Below are positions 53,793 to 62,843 of a stretch of DNA of 64,000 nucleotides, in pieces. Location: IMG/VR virus record IMGVR_UViG_3300037189_023236, one strand, 5' to 3'. Source of the stretch: a virus. The position numbers and the translations under genes were made by a program. Below the pieces are notes generated by a model. The model was not told the DNA's origin. It searched no databases and worked only from the letters and a program-made list of their open reading frames with translations. Positions within the stretch are counted from its first letter, which is position 1. Every line of letters starts with the position of its first letter.

Positions 53793-54230
53793 TTAAAACT
53801 CTACGTCCACTTCCGGAAACAATTTCTGCAGTTTTTTGACAAAAGCAGTCAATTCGTTAACGTCCGCAAGACATTTATCATCAAGCGGGTTGTCTTTTAA
53901 ACCATCTACGTGATACCAAATACGCTCGGCAACCGCTTGTACCACATCTTTTGCCAAAGCTCGCGGAACCGGAACCATTACAACGTCAGTAGCCGGCGGC
54001 GATGAAGAACTAGCAGGTATCGCCCACAAATCGTCCTCTTCTGGTGGCATATCATTATCCTCCTCTAAGTCATCGCGGTCCGTGTCGCATATGTAGCAAA
54101 CCCAAAATGTGTTGTGATCCAGCGTAATTTCTTCTCGTTCGGCACCGCACGCAGGGCAAATGCTTTCCAACCTGTACTCTTCGTCCGCTTTTGCCATTTC
54201 TTCTTCTAACTGTCGTTTTGCGCCACTCAT
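53793..54230 (-). CDS. Acidic zinc-ribbon protein
   Basis: CPAC...CYIC; AAGGAG RBS. Confidence 0.7.
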   Translation of the reverse strand: MSGAKRQLEEEMAKADEEYRLESICPACGAEREEITLDHNTFWVCYICDTDRDDLEEDNDMPPEEDDLWAIPASSSSPPATDVVMVPVPRALAKDVVQAVAERIWYHVDGLKDNPLDDKCLADVNELTAFVKKLQKLFPEVDVEF

Positions 54231-54267
54231 ATTTGAACTCCTTTCGTAAAAACGAGACGCTACACCA

Positions 54268-54338
54268 ATGCCCGACTAGGATTCGAACCTAGACAAAGAG
54301 AACCAAAATCTCTTGTGCTACCGTTACACCATCGGGCA
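54268..54338 (-). tRNA. tRNA-Gln(UUG)
   Basis: Cloverleaf with anticodon arm AGAGA-TTTTGGT-TCTCT. Confidence 0.9.
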
Positions 54339-54498
54339 ACCGCGCTGCAACATCCAGTTGCTACGGCATCTGACACCACTGAGTAGAAAGTTTCCGCAGT
54401 GTGTCAGCATCTGTCGTTTTAGCCCACGAACAGCTCGGGCGCCGGGTTGTCGACCATGCTGGCGGGCAATGAACTCCGCCTTCGACAACGTGCCTGGT

Positions 54499-55065
54499 CT
54501 AGCAGAGCGCCGGCTCGCCCTTCGAAATCGCCACGAATTTCTTCGCTAACTCGACAGTTGCGAGAACGTCGGCCATCGCATTGTGCGCATCTCCAGTCTC
54601 GATTTTAAACAGCTGCCGCAAAGCTACGAGGCTGCAAAAATTCGGGATGGTGTTTGAGATAGTGTAGAACCGCGCCACAGACGCTGTGTCGAGTTCTGGG
54701 TATGTGCAGTAGTTTTTCCACATCGCTTCTGGAAGCAACTGAGTCCAAATGAAATCAAGGTCAAACTTGATGTTGTGACCGACAGGGATGAGCTTTTTAT
54801 TGCCAGAGATTTCCATGCCGTCGCGTAAAAATTGCTCAAGCTCTTCCGACGCAAGCTGCGGCGACATAGACGTAGCCGCGTGTTCTGCCAGATTGATTTT
54901 GTTCACCCGCATCGCGCCCGGGCTCACAATGTATACGGGCGGTTTGACACCAAAACAGGTTTTGCGCAGCACATTAAACTGATCGTCCGCAATAGCCGCG
55001 GCGACTGTCAGCAAACTGTAGTCTGCTGTTAGCCCTCCCGTCTCAGTATCTACAAACACGAACAT
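54499..55065 (-). CDS. DEDDh 3'-5' exonuclease (DnaQ-like)
   Basis: VDTETGG, GHNIKFD and HNAMAD motifs. Confidence 0.88.
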   Translation of the reverse strand: MFVFVDTETGGLTADYSLLTVAAAIADDQFNVLRKTCFGVKPPVYIVSPGAMRVNKINLAEHAATSMSPQLASEELEQFLRDGMEISGNKKLIPVGHNIKFDLDFIWTQLLPEAMWKNYCTYPELDTASVARFYTISNTIPNFCSLVALRQLFKIETGDAHNAMADVLATVELAKKFVAISKGEPALC

Positions 55066-55079
55066 ACCGCCTCCGTTCG

Positions 55080-55385
55080 TTACGCTCCGGCTTGCTTGCG
55101 CTCGTGCTCATCAAGGGCAAACTGCGCCAGCGCCGGCAACAGATCGTGACTGCATTGCGTGCCGCCAACGTGTTTGCCAATATGCCAAAGAATAGCGCGA
55201 AGCGAATCTTCCGGAAGCTCGCCGACACTGCAATTTGCGTCGTCTGAGTCTGTCTCTAAGTTAGCGATGTCAGCAAGGGTGACAAAATCCAACACAACGA
55301 GCACATCCTGGTACTCTGCACAGACGGCTTTTAATGCAGCCGCAGCAAGCATAGCACGCTTTTTTGTGTCTTCGGACAGAGGCAT
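55080..55385 (-). CDS. Hypothetical protein
   Basis: AAGGAG RBS. Confidence 0.65.
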   Translation of the reverse strand: MPLSEDTKKRAMLAAAALKAVCAEYQDVLVVLDFVTLADIANLETDSDDANCSVGELPEDSLRAILWHIGKHVGGTQCSHDLLPALAQFALDEHERKQAGA

Positions 55386-55396
55386 GGCAATACTCC

Positions 55397-55624
55397 TTAT
55401 GATGTCAGTTCAACTTCTTGAAGGCTTACAATTTTTCCGCCTTTTGCGGTCAAAATAACTGCCGTGTCGCCTGACGTTGTCTTAGTTTTTTCTTTGGCAA
55501 ATACGACGATCTCTTTAAATGTGCGTTTGCCAATAGCATTACCCAATTTTCGAATGAAAAAAGTTTCGAGCGTATCGGCCTCGATTTCAACAATCTGACA
55601 ATATGTCTCTGCTTCTTTTGTCAT
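55397..55624 (-). CDS. Small hypothetical protein
   Basis: ORF tiles with its neighbours. Confidence 0.6.
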   Translation of the reverse strand: MTKEAETYCQIVEIEADTLETFFIRKLGNAIGKRTFKEIVVFAKEKTKTTSGDTAVILTAKGGKIVSLQEVELTS

Positions 55625-55628
55625 AGCT

Positions 55629-57149
55629 TCATGCTTTCATTTTTGTAACTAGAGCAGTTGTGCTTGTGCCAGGCACCATCGGCACCAGAACAACGCGCCC
55701 AGGAACTTCTTGTTGCATCACGTCGTCAGCGCCAACAACTCTTCGGCCGGCGTACTCAGCGCCTTTTACAAGCACTGCGGGTTGCACGTCCCGAATTAGG
55801 TTGAGCAGCGTATTATGCCCGCTCGATGCGGCGTCGTCAAACACACAGACAGCCGCAACGCCGGCCAATGCCGCTACATTGCCGGCGCGTGTTTCTTGAT
55901 CTTGAATAGGCCTATTTTTGCCTTTGTTTCTGCGTACGTTGTCGTCGGAATCTACGGCTACGAGTAATATGTCGCCTTCGGCACGCGCGCGCTGCAATAG
56001 CGTTCTGTGGCCTGTGTGCAAAAGATCAAAGCAACCGTTCGTAAATACGATGCGAAAGCCCGCCGCTCGGCGAATTTGCGCAAACCGCACAAACTCGCTT
56101 GGGGACAGCACTCGCCCGTCAAGGCGCGAACAGCTGGCAACCTCTTTGAGCACCTGCCGCTCATTTACGGCTTTCGTGCTATTTGTGCGTACTCGTTGCC
56201 CTGCCGCTGAAAAACCGAAAGAGAGGACCAGCGGGATAGTGGTTGGTGTCAGAATACGGGGATTAAATTCCCCTAATTCCGAAAAACCCATAATAATACC
56301 GGCAAGAAAAACGTCGCCGGCACCTACACAATTTCCAGATGAATACGTTTTTGGCGCTTTTACAAACGCCGCGTCGCGCTGCTTAAAAACGTACCAGACG
56401 CCATGAGATCCGGCTGTGACCAGCAAAAACGTGGTGCGCAGCTCTTTGGCTACGAATTCCAACTTCTGCTGAATGGTCTCGGCTATCGACGAGGACTCTG
56501 GCAGCAGATCTTTTGTAAAACCAAATTTGGCTGCAAACTCGTCAAGCTCCGTCATGTTTATTTTGACGAGATCGGCGCCGATGTACTCGCCGAGCGTTTG
56601 CGGCTTGGCGTCTACAAACACGGGCACGCCGCAAGCTTTTGCAGACGATACTATGCCGCCGCGGGTCGCCGCGGATATACAACCTTTGGCGTAATCGGAC
56701 ACAACTACGCACTGGGCTGTTTTAATCTCTGAAATTATGGCATCAATTTGCAACGGCCCTTGAATAGCATTTAGTGACTGTTCAGAGTCGTGCCGCATCA
56801 AAATGTGCCCGTTGGCGTTTACATAACGAGTCTTAATCGGCGTGCAAAACATGCTCGTCCGATGCACGCGCGTAACGTCAATGTATTTAGCCAGCCTGTG
56901 CAGCGCTACTTGTGTTGGCACTTTGTCGTCGGTCATTGAAAACAGACAACCAGAAAATCCCAACCGGCCGACGGCGTCCATTAACAAACCTGCGCCTCCC
57001 GGTCGGATCTGACAATCCCCCGGGAGGCTGCAGAGCGCCATTGCAGCGTGTTCAACGTTTCGATTTGCAGGTGTGACACGCCACCAAATATCAACAAGAA
57101 AGTCGCCTATTCCGACGATCTTTCCACGATGTGCATTTTTTTGCGTCAT
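55629..57149 (-). CDS. hldE: Bifunctional heptose-7-phosphate kinase / heptose-1-phosphate adenylyltransferase-like
   Basis: PfkB domain: GD..VD, PGGA, KTR, SDYAKG, GAGD. Nucleotidyltransferase domain: FTNGCFDLLH.GH, KG..RP, LVKG.EY, STT. Confidence 0.9.
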   Translation of the reverse strand: MTQKNAHRGKIVGIGDFLVDIWWRVTPANRNVEHAAMALCSLPGDCQIRPGGAGLLMDAVGRLGFSGCLFSMTDDKVPTQVALHRLAKYIDVTRVHRTSMFCTPIKTRYVNANGHILMRHDSEQSLNAIQGPLQIDAIISEIKTAQCVVVSDYAKGCISAATRGGIVSSAKACGVPVFVDAKPQTLGEYIGADLVKINMTELDEFAAKFGFTKDLLPESSSIAETIQQKLEFVAKELRTTFLLVTAGSHGVWYVFKQRDAAFVKAPKTYSSGNCVGAGDVFLAGIIMGFSELGEFNPRILTPTTIPLVLSFGFSAAGQRVRTNSTKAVNERQVLKEVASCSRLDGRVLSPSEFVRFAQIRRAAGFRIVFTNGCFDLLHTGHRTLLQRARAEGDILLVAVDSDDNVRRNKGKNRPIQDQETRAGNVAALAGVAAVCVFDDAASSGHNTLLNLIRDVQPAVLVKGAEYAGRRVVGADDVMQQEVPGRVVLVPMVPGTSTTALVTKMKA

Positions 57150-58279
57150 ACAACAAGCAAAACGGTTGACTGCCCGTTCAAAGGAAATAAATAAACACCG
57201 CGCGCTGTAAATTCACGCGGCGTATCCAGCCGCATAAGAATTTTGCCGTCGCTGGGGCGCACTAATGTTGATGTAATGTACGGCCGAATGGCGGCGTGTT
57301 GGGCGGTAATTACCACGCGTAAATCCGTGTCGGCCACGTCAATAATTTTCATTGCGCCTTCTGCCGTATCATGACTACCCCAACGAGCTTTGTCAATAAC
57401 ATTCTCGCATGCCGCCAGCTCATCGAGTGTCGCCACGCAAAGGTACGGCGTCATAGTGAAATTGCCGAAATTTTTGTCTAACTTGTCGCTGATTTCTTGC
57501 GCATTTTCTGGACTTACTTGTGACAGCAAAAACGGCATGAACAACTTAGCGCAAGCCAGCAAATACGGCGGAAGCTCGCTTGTGTCGTAATCTTTCGTCA
57601 CGGCCAGCGTCAGCGACATGCTTGGAACGCACACGTACTCGCCCGTCTCGAGCAGCACGTGCGCTTTCTCATCGACCAGGTGCGCCAAACCCCACAGCTC
57701 CGGCCCAAAACCGCCGCCAAGCAGTTCGCCGCGATAGACAACGATTTCAAGCGGACTAAGGTCTACAGCGGCAACAGTGCCTGGCGTAAAAATCTTTAGC
57801 GTATTAGCGCGATAATTCAGCTCCGGCGCCATTGCTGCCGTCGTTTTTGTCTGAACACTGTCTGCCACAATGCCGCGCAGAATGGACTCTTTTGCGTATT
57901 CCGGGTTTTCCTGCAAAAGCGCAATAAACGTAAACAAGCTTTCCAGCAAAACCGAATGCTTGTCTGCGTCTCTAACATTGTTCTCTGTGAATATGTTTGC
58001 GTACGTTTGAGACGTTAGCGTCGTATTTATTGGAAAATCGACAGCGTTCCACTGTAACTGCCGCAGATCTTTAAAAACCTGCGCGAGCAAATCACACATG
58101 GTATCGCGCGGCATACGCGATGCCGGCATAACGCGCTGCGCTAAAGCTATTATTGCGGCAGCTGCCATAAAAACATCACGCGAGTCAGCCGATTTGTTTG
58201 ATTCCGAGTACGCGCCTAAAAACTGATTTAACGTATCAACCGCTGATTTTTTCTGTTCGACCGCTGTTTGCGTAGCCAT
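57146..58279 (-). CDS. Hypothetical protein
   Basis: 377 aa ORF with GGAG RBS. Confidence 0.7.
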   Translation of the reverse strand: MATQTAVEQKKSAVDTLNQFLGAYSESNKSADSRDVFMAAAAIIALAQRVMPASRMPRDTMCDLLAQVFKDLRQLQWNAVDFPINTTLTSQTYANIFTENNVRDADKHSVLLESLFTFIALLQENPEYAKESILRGIVADSVQTKTTAAMAPELNYRANTLKIFTPGTVAAVDLSPLEIVVYRGELLGGGFGPELWGLAHLVDEKAHVLLETGEYVCVPSMSLTLAVTKDYDTSELPPYLLACAKLFMPFLLSQVSPENAQEISDKLDKNFGNFTMTPYLCVATLDELAACENVIDKARWGSHDTAEGAMKIIDVADTDLRVVITAQHAAIRPYITSTLVRPSDGKILMRLDTPREFTARGVYLFPLNGQSTVLLVV

Positions 58280-59426
58280 CCGTTACTCCCTTGTAAACTG
58301 CCTCACACGCCGAATACAGTTGCGACAAAATTTCGCTGTAGGATTCCCATGTGGAATCATTAATGTACGACATTATCGGCGCGGCGAAGACGTGCCGCGG
58401 CGTTGCGCACGATGCGGCAAGCGCCATTGTTAAAACGTTTGACGCCGAGCTCGAATCCGGGCCCGTATAGATGAACACGCTTGAAGCGCCGCCATTTGTA
58501 GCTGTCCGAATAAACTCAATGAATGCCAGCATGTCTACATACGCTGTCATGCATACCGCGGCGTTGAACTTGGTTCCGGCTACAACCGGCGCAACGTGCA
58601 TAAGAGAATCGCCAATAGTTGTTTGCACAAAAACCGGCAAACCCATATCATACGCCGTTGATATAACGCTGTTTGCACGCCGCTCTGCGCCGGTTAGCGC
58701 CCAATTACCGAAAGCTTCACCGGCGCCGATGTTACGAACAGCGGCGTTGTTCAAAATAGCTGCAAGCTCAGTCGGCGGCAGCTGCAAATCAGCAGAAACC
58801 GCTGAACTGGGTAGAGCAATTGCTGTAATCCACTTGTTCCGCAAAAACGCGCATATAAGCGGACCGCAGCCAAGCTCCAGCAAATTATCTGTCACATAAA
58901 GCAGCACAGGTTTAAAAGCCAACCGCGCTTCAAACATGTCGCGCGCAAGCCCTTTAATCGCTGGCAAAATTTGGTCAACGGGCCGAAGTGGATTCGCTAA
59001 CGATGCGGATGGCGTTTTATTTTTTGCAAACAACTCCGGATCTATAAGCGCTGTATCGAACAATGGTTGTGAGCTGCCGCCGGCCGGATTAACGGGCAAA
59101 AAAGTATCAGCGTCCGTTTTATGTTTGCGCATTGGTCCTGTTCCACAAAAAAGCCACTCAGCCTCTACGACTCCGCTTTCGACAAATTTAGTAAACGTCG
59201 ACAGGCGAAGGCGGGCCGTAGAATTCAGAATCCGGTGCATCCAAGACTTAGAGAAGCCAACTGCTGCGCCGTACGACTCCATGTCTCCGCCAAATACATG
59301 CTCGCCCACATAACGAAGCCGTTGAATAATGGCATCAACTTTAGGGGATGAACGGAATGACGACTGGCGGCGGCTCGACTTTGGGCGTGCTGACCCGTCC
59401 TCGTTTGTAGAGACATCCTGTCCCAT
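58236..59426 (-). CDS. HTH domain fused to a degenerate deoxyhypusine-synthase-like domain
   Basis: N-terminal phage-repressor-like WL..G.GPM; C-terminal G.GEA.G...SVI..AY..GLPVFV...IGD...H. Confidence 0.5.
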   Translation of the reverse strand: MGQDVSTNEDGSARPKSSRRQSSFRSSPKVDAIIQRLRYVGEHVFGGDMESYGAAVGFSKSWMHRILNSTARLRLSTFTKFVESGVVEAEWLFCGTGPMRKHKTDADTFLPVNPAGGSSQPLFDTALIDPELFAKNKTPSASLANPLRPVDQILPAIKGLARDMFEARLAFKPVLLYVTDNLLELGCGPLICAFLRNKWITAIALPSSAVSADLQLPPTELAAILNNAAVRNIGAGEAFGNWALTGAERRANSVISTAYDMGLPVFVQTTIGDSLMHVAPVVAGTKFNAAVCMTAYVDMLAFIEFIRTATNGGASSVFIYTGPDSSSASNVLTMALAASCATPRHVFAAPIMSYINDSTWESYSEILSQLYSACEAVYKGVTDGYANSGRTEKISG

Positions 59427-60306
59427 TCGATAACCTCAGATTGTTACGAGCATGGAGCACAGAGGCTGTCAGCTCAACGTATGACGCGAGTAACCCACGC
59501 GGATACTCTACAAAACAACCTAACGCCGCCATAGTAGCCTGAAAGTCAGAGATTTTCGCTGACTGCAAAAAAATAGCCGAAGACTTTTTAGCACGATTTA
59601 CTGGCCGCCGAGCTTTAGGGCGGGTAATAAAGAACTGGCGAATTTGAATTTCCCAACCGTCGTCTACGGGATTTACAACAACCCGCCAAAGCGAGCCAAA
59701 TGTCTGCGCCTGCAATTGCTTTTTAAGCTGTCGGTATTTGTGCTGCTCGCCCTGCAGAACGTTTCGCAGTATCCCGGCATTTTCGTAGACGTTGTTAATA
59801 TCCCAGCCTATTTGCTCAAAGTCTTTTGCCAAAACCTTGTAGGTCTCGATGCGGCATGTAGCCACAGCAAACACGCCGCGCTTTTGAAGCCCCTTAATAG
59901 CGCGAGAAACGCGTTTATAGAGGTCTTCCGCGTGCCTAGCTGCGCAGAACGGACAACTGCTAAAACGCCCGCAGAGCCGCAGCTGGACCTCGTCTTTAGG
60001 CCAATAGTAAACCAGATTGGTCGGCCGGCAATACATGCACCGCTGCACTGACGATTTTTTAATCTGCAGGCTGTTGTATCGCGGACTGGGCAGCCACAAC
60101 TCGCGGCAGGCCAGCTCTTTGATTAGCGCAAACCAGAGCAAATGCGCGCGCCATAGCCGGCGTTTAATAGACGCCGGCATAAGCGATCGAAATTTTCGTT
60201 TATGCGTCACGGCCGGAATGATCACATGCCTGTACGCGAACACTTGTGACCGAAAACGCTGTACAAACCGAACCCGCCAGCGCCGCGGATAGAACAGATC
60301 AAACAC
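59341..60306 (-). CDS. Degenerate rolling-circle Rep (HUH)-like protein
   Basis: Zinc-finger C...CPFC..R; GWEIQIR occupies the GWHPHxH position. Confidence 0.4.
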   Translation of the reverse strand: MFDLFYPRRWRVRFVQRFRSQVFAYRHVIIPAVTHKRKFRSLMPASIKRRLWRAHLLWFALIKELACRELWLPSPRYNSLQIKKSSVQRCMYCRPTNLVYYWPKDEVQLRLCGRFSSCPFCAARHAEDLYKRVSRAIKGLQKRGVFAVATCRIETYKVLAKDFEQIGWDINNVYENAGILRNVLQGEQHKYRQLKKQLQAQTFGSLWRVVVNPVDDGWEIQIRQFFITRPKARRPVNRAKKSSAIFLQSAKISDFQATMAALGCFVEYPRGLLASYVELTASVLHARNNLRLSNGTGCLYKRGRVSTPKVEPPPVVIPFIP

Positions 60307-60321
60307 GCATGCATCCTTGGT

Positions 60322-60359
60322 AAAAAGTGTGCAGGGGCGGGATTAGCGCCCCTGCACAC
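60322..60359 (-). terminator. Intrinsic terminator (no GCTATC tail)
   Basis: 13-bp perfect stem followed by TTTTT. Confidence 0.75.
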
Positions 60360-60367
60360 AAACACAG

Positions 60368-60742
60368 CTACCGCGGCTGGGAAGTCGACACAAATGCACC
60401 TGAGCGAACGTCGTATGACAGCGCAGGTATACGTGCCTCTTCTCGCTTTTTCCCGCGAAACCGTTTTTCTGCTTCGTCTTCGGGCCAAGATGCGCGGATC
60501 TCTGCCGCCCGTATGGCTATCTCTTCTTCCGAAGGATCATCAGCCAACATGCCAGTAATTGCGTATCTTGCCGACCGCTGCCAATTGTGTTCCGCTGCAA
60601 TCCTGTAAAGACGAGTGCGCGTAATACCAGAGACAAGAATAATGTCACTAATTGGCCGGCCGTCTTCCCACATCTGCTGCGTAACCGACAGCGCCAATTT
60701 TGGCTCAACAAGTTTGTTTTTTAATTTTGCGGTTTGCGTCAT
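60368..60742 (-). CDS. Putative HTH protein
   Basis: W..G....I...G.T...LY pattern; DPSEEEI..R motif. Confidence 0.55.
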   Translation of the reverse strand: MTQTAKLKNKLVEPKLALSVTQQMWEDGRPISDIILVSGITRTRLYRIAAEHNWQRSARYAITGMLADDPSEEEIAIRAAEIRASWPEDEAEKRFRGKKREEARIPALSYDVRSGAFVSTSQPR

Positions 60743-60763
60743 GCAAAACAGCCCTTTGATTAG

Positions 60764-61135
60764 TTATTCTTCCTTGACAAAAACTCCTTCCGGCGTCAAG
60801 TAACCCTTACGATCTTTAATGGCGTCGTAAGCAATCTCAAGGCACATGCGAGGACAAACACCCTGTGTTGCGGCATACATAATCAGCGTGACAATAACAT
60901 CGCCAACGCCGTCCACAATTTCTTCGCGGTCGCATTGAAGAGTGGCGTCAGACAGCTCGCCTAGCTCGCTCATGCACTTTAGCAATTGCGCCGCTGGCGT
61001 ACTGTTCTTTGTAATCAGCCGGTCGTCACCCCATTTACGCACTTTTTCAACAAGCTGATCGAGCGACGGCGGAACAGGCGGTGTATTCGCCGGTTCCTTT
61101 TTAGTTGGCAGATGGTGCTTAATCCAGTGCAGCAT
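60764..61135 (-). CDS. MazG-like nucleotide pyrophosphohydrolase
   Basis: Q..K..SELGEL, IVDGVGD..VTL and AYD.IKDRKG motifs. Confidence 0.85.
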   Translation of the reverse strand: MLHWIKHHLPTKKEPANTPPVPPSLDQLVEKVRKWGDDRLITKNSTPAAQLLKCMSELGELSDATLQCDREEIVDGVGDVIVTLIMYAATQGVCPRMCLEIAYDAIKDRKGYLTPEGVFVKEE

Positions 61136-61136
61136 G

Positions 61137-61424
61137 TCACGTCCTTTCTTTTTTGCGGCGGTAATCCTGAATAGCTTTGATTGCTTTACGCAACTCCGGC
61201 ATACGCTCCGTGTCCTCGAAAATGCCGTCGCCTTCGGGACTGGATTCGTATACCAGGTCGTCTAAGCAATCTGGCGTTTCAGCAGTAAAATGTCCGTGCC
61301 GTAAACGCAGATAACCAATTTTTTCTTTACCCTGGTATACGTCGTATTGCTCAGGGCAGGCAAAAGACGTACGCACAAGCCGGCAACCGTCAAGCTCGAA
61401 ATCGAACTCGTCGTCAGGCGTCAT
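61137..61424 (-). CDS. Phage hypothetical protein
   Basis: ACPEQYDV...IGYLRLRHG motif. Confidence 0.75.
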   Translation of the reverse strand: MTPDDEFDFELDGCRLVRTSFACPEQYDVYQGKEKIGYLRLRHGHFTAETPDCLDDLVYESSPEGDGIFEDTERMPELRKAIKAIQDYRRKKERT

Positions 61425-61740
61425 GCGTTGGCGCCTCGCTAATCCACTGCTTCATAGCGGCATAGCTGCCGTGGCAAACCGCCGGCGCAATATTGTAAAA
61501 CCACTGCAAATACAGTTTGAGCAGCTGCAGATTCTGGTCGTCAGCGCGACTTACGGCATTGCGTAAGTCATTGCAAATAATGGCCGTAAGGAAATGGCCA
61601 GGTTGGATGCGATCTTGTACATAACGCAAAAGCGCCATGCGCATAGGCTCCGGAATAGCTGTGTAGACGCCCGGAAACCAGTCATGAGGAATTGACGGCG
61701 CAGGGGCTTCTGACAAAGAAACAGGTAAAGAGTTTTCCAC
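61414..61740 (-). CDS. Phage hypothetical protein
   Basis: RY...I.PG.FL.A...NDL..AV.RAD motif. Confidence 0.75.
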   Translation of the reverse strand: MENSLPVSLSEAPAPSIPHDWFPGVYTAIPEPMRMALLRYVQDRIQPGHFLTAIICNDLRNAVSRADDQNLQLLKLYLQWFYNIAPAVCHGSYAAMKQWISEAPTHDA

Positions 61741-61762
61741 AAAAACCTCTCAAGTAAAACGG

Positions 61763-62047
61763 TTACGAACCAATTTCAAGCTGCACAACTCCCGATGCCG
61801 ACTGACCATCTGTGTTGGGGCCGCCAATTTCAATAGTTGGCGGATTGTCGAGATCGTAGCCAGCGCCGGCGTCAATAATTTCAATACTGACAATTGCGCC
61901 GTTACTCACCTCAGCCAATCCAGTTGCAGTTCGGCCATTTTCGCCGTTCGGCGGAGCGAACGCTACAAACGGCGGCGCAGTATAACCGCTGCCGCCACTA
62001 ACGATGACAACGCCGGACACACGACCAACGAGAGCAGAATCTGGCAT
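61763..62047 (-). CDS. Small protein made of virion-type GSGYT/GAGY repeats
   Basis: VSGGSGYTAPP.V and IDAGAGY...PTI.I. Confidence 0.65.
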   Translation of the reverse strand: MPDSALVGRVSGVVIVSGGSGYTAPPFVAFAPPNGENGRTATGLAEVSNGAIVSIEIIDAGAGYDLDNPPTIEIGGPNTDGQSASGVVQLEIGS

Positions 62048-62355
62048 TATTTTTCCTCTGGTGTTGTTGCTTGCGGCAGCGTGGATTGATGATACACAGC
62101 ATGCAACGTGTGCAACTCAATAAGCGCTTGCGCAAGCGGGAAGATGATTTGATCGTCAAAAGAGATTAGCCGCCCGGGAAAGTTGCGTAACTCGATTTTA
62201 AGGCGCCGGTCTTTTTCGTCATGCCAGACACGCAAATACGCAGGATACCCATCGATAACAGGTCCGACGTCAAGTGCGTGAGCAGGCGCGACGTAGTTAG
62301 ACTTTGTTGGTTTTTCTGGCGCAAAAAACCAATCAGTCACTTTGCGCAACGTCAT
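62047..62355 (-). CDS. Hypothetical protein
   Basis: ORF tiles with its neighbours. Confidence 0.6.
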   Translation of the reverse strand: MTLRKVTDWFFAPEKPTKSNYVAPAHALDVGPVIDGYPAYLRVWHDEKDRRLKIELRNFPGRLISFDDQIIFPLAQALIELHTLHAVYHQSTLPQATTPEEK

Positions 62356-62785
62356 CTATTGGAATCTCCTGCGCAGATGTTTTATCAGCAATTCGTTCGT
62401 TGATTAGCGCTACAGCAGTCGCGGAGTCTGGAACCTCGATGTACGGCAGCGTGTTCTGCAGATGCTCCCATTTCGTTGCGCCAACGCCGGCGACATTGAT
62501 CTCGTTCTCGACTTGCGGGCTAAAAATCTCTAGCCGCGCAATTTCGACAGCGAGCGCTTTATCGGAAAACACCATGATGCTGCCTTTTTTGTCGGCAAAA
62601 AATGCCGTGCCAGCGTCATTCGAGATGACCCAACGCACAGGCGGTTCGCCCGTATCGATGTGGTGGTAAACCTCGGGGACGAACACAGCGCCTTCTGGCC
62701 GGCCGTGGCACTTTTTGAATTTGCGGGAAGAACCGCACGGGCACAGCTCATTGCGCCCGATTCTGGATCGTGTCTTCTCTGACAT
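62333..62785 (-). CDS. SEC-C motif protein
   Basis: IGRNELCPCGSSRKFKKCHG; AAGGAG RBS. Confidence 0.8.
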   Translation of the reverse strand: MSEKTRSRIGRNELCPCGSSRKFKKCHGRPEGAVFVPEVYHHIDTGEPPVRWVISNDAGTAFFADKKGSIMVFSDKALAVEIARLEIFSPQVENEINVAGVGATKWEHLQNTLPYIEVPDSATAVALINERIADKTSAQEIPIDDVAQSD

Positions 62786-62815
62786 AGGCACTCCTTGCAC
62801 TGAGGCGAGTTGCGA

Positions 62816-62843
62816 AGTCTACCAAATGCTACGCGGGACGCAA
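62816..62843 (-). promoter_or_regulatory. Possible sigma70-type promoter
   Basis: TTGCGT-N16-TAGACT with TGn extended -10. Confidence 0.4.
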
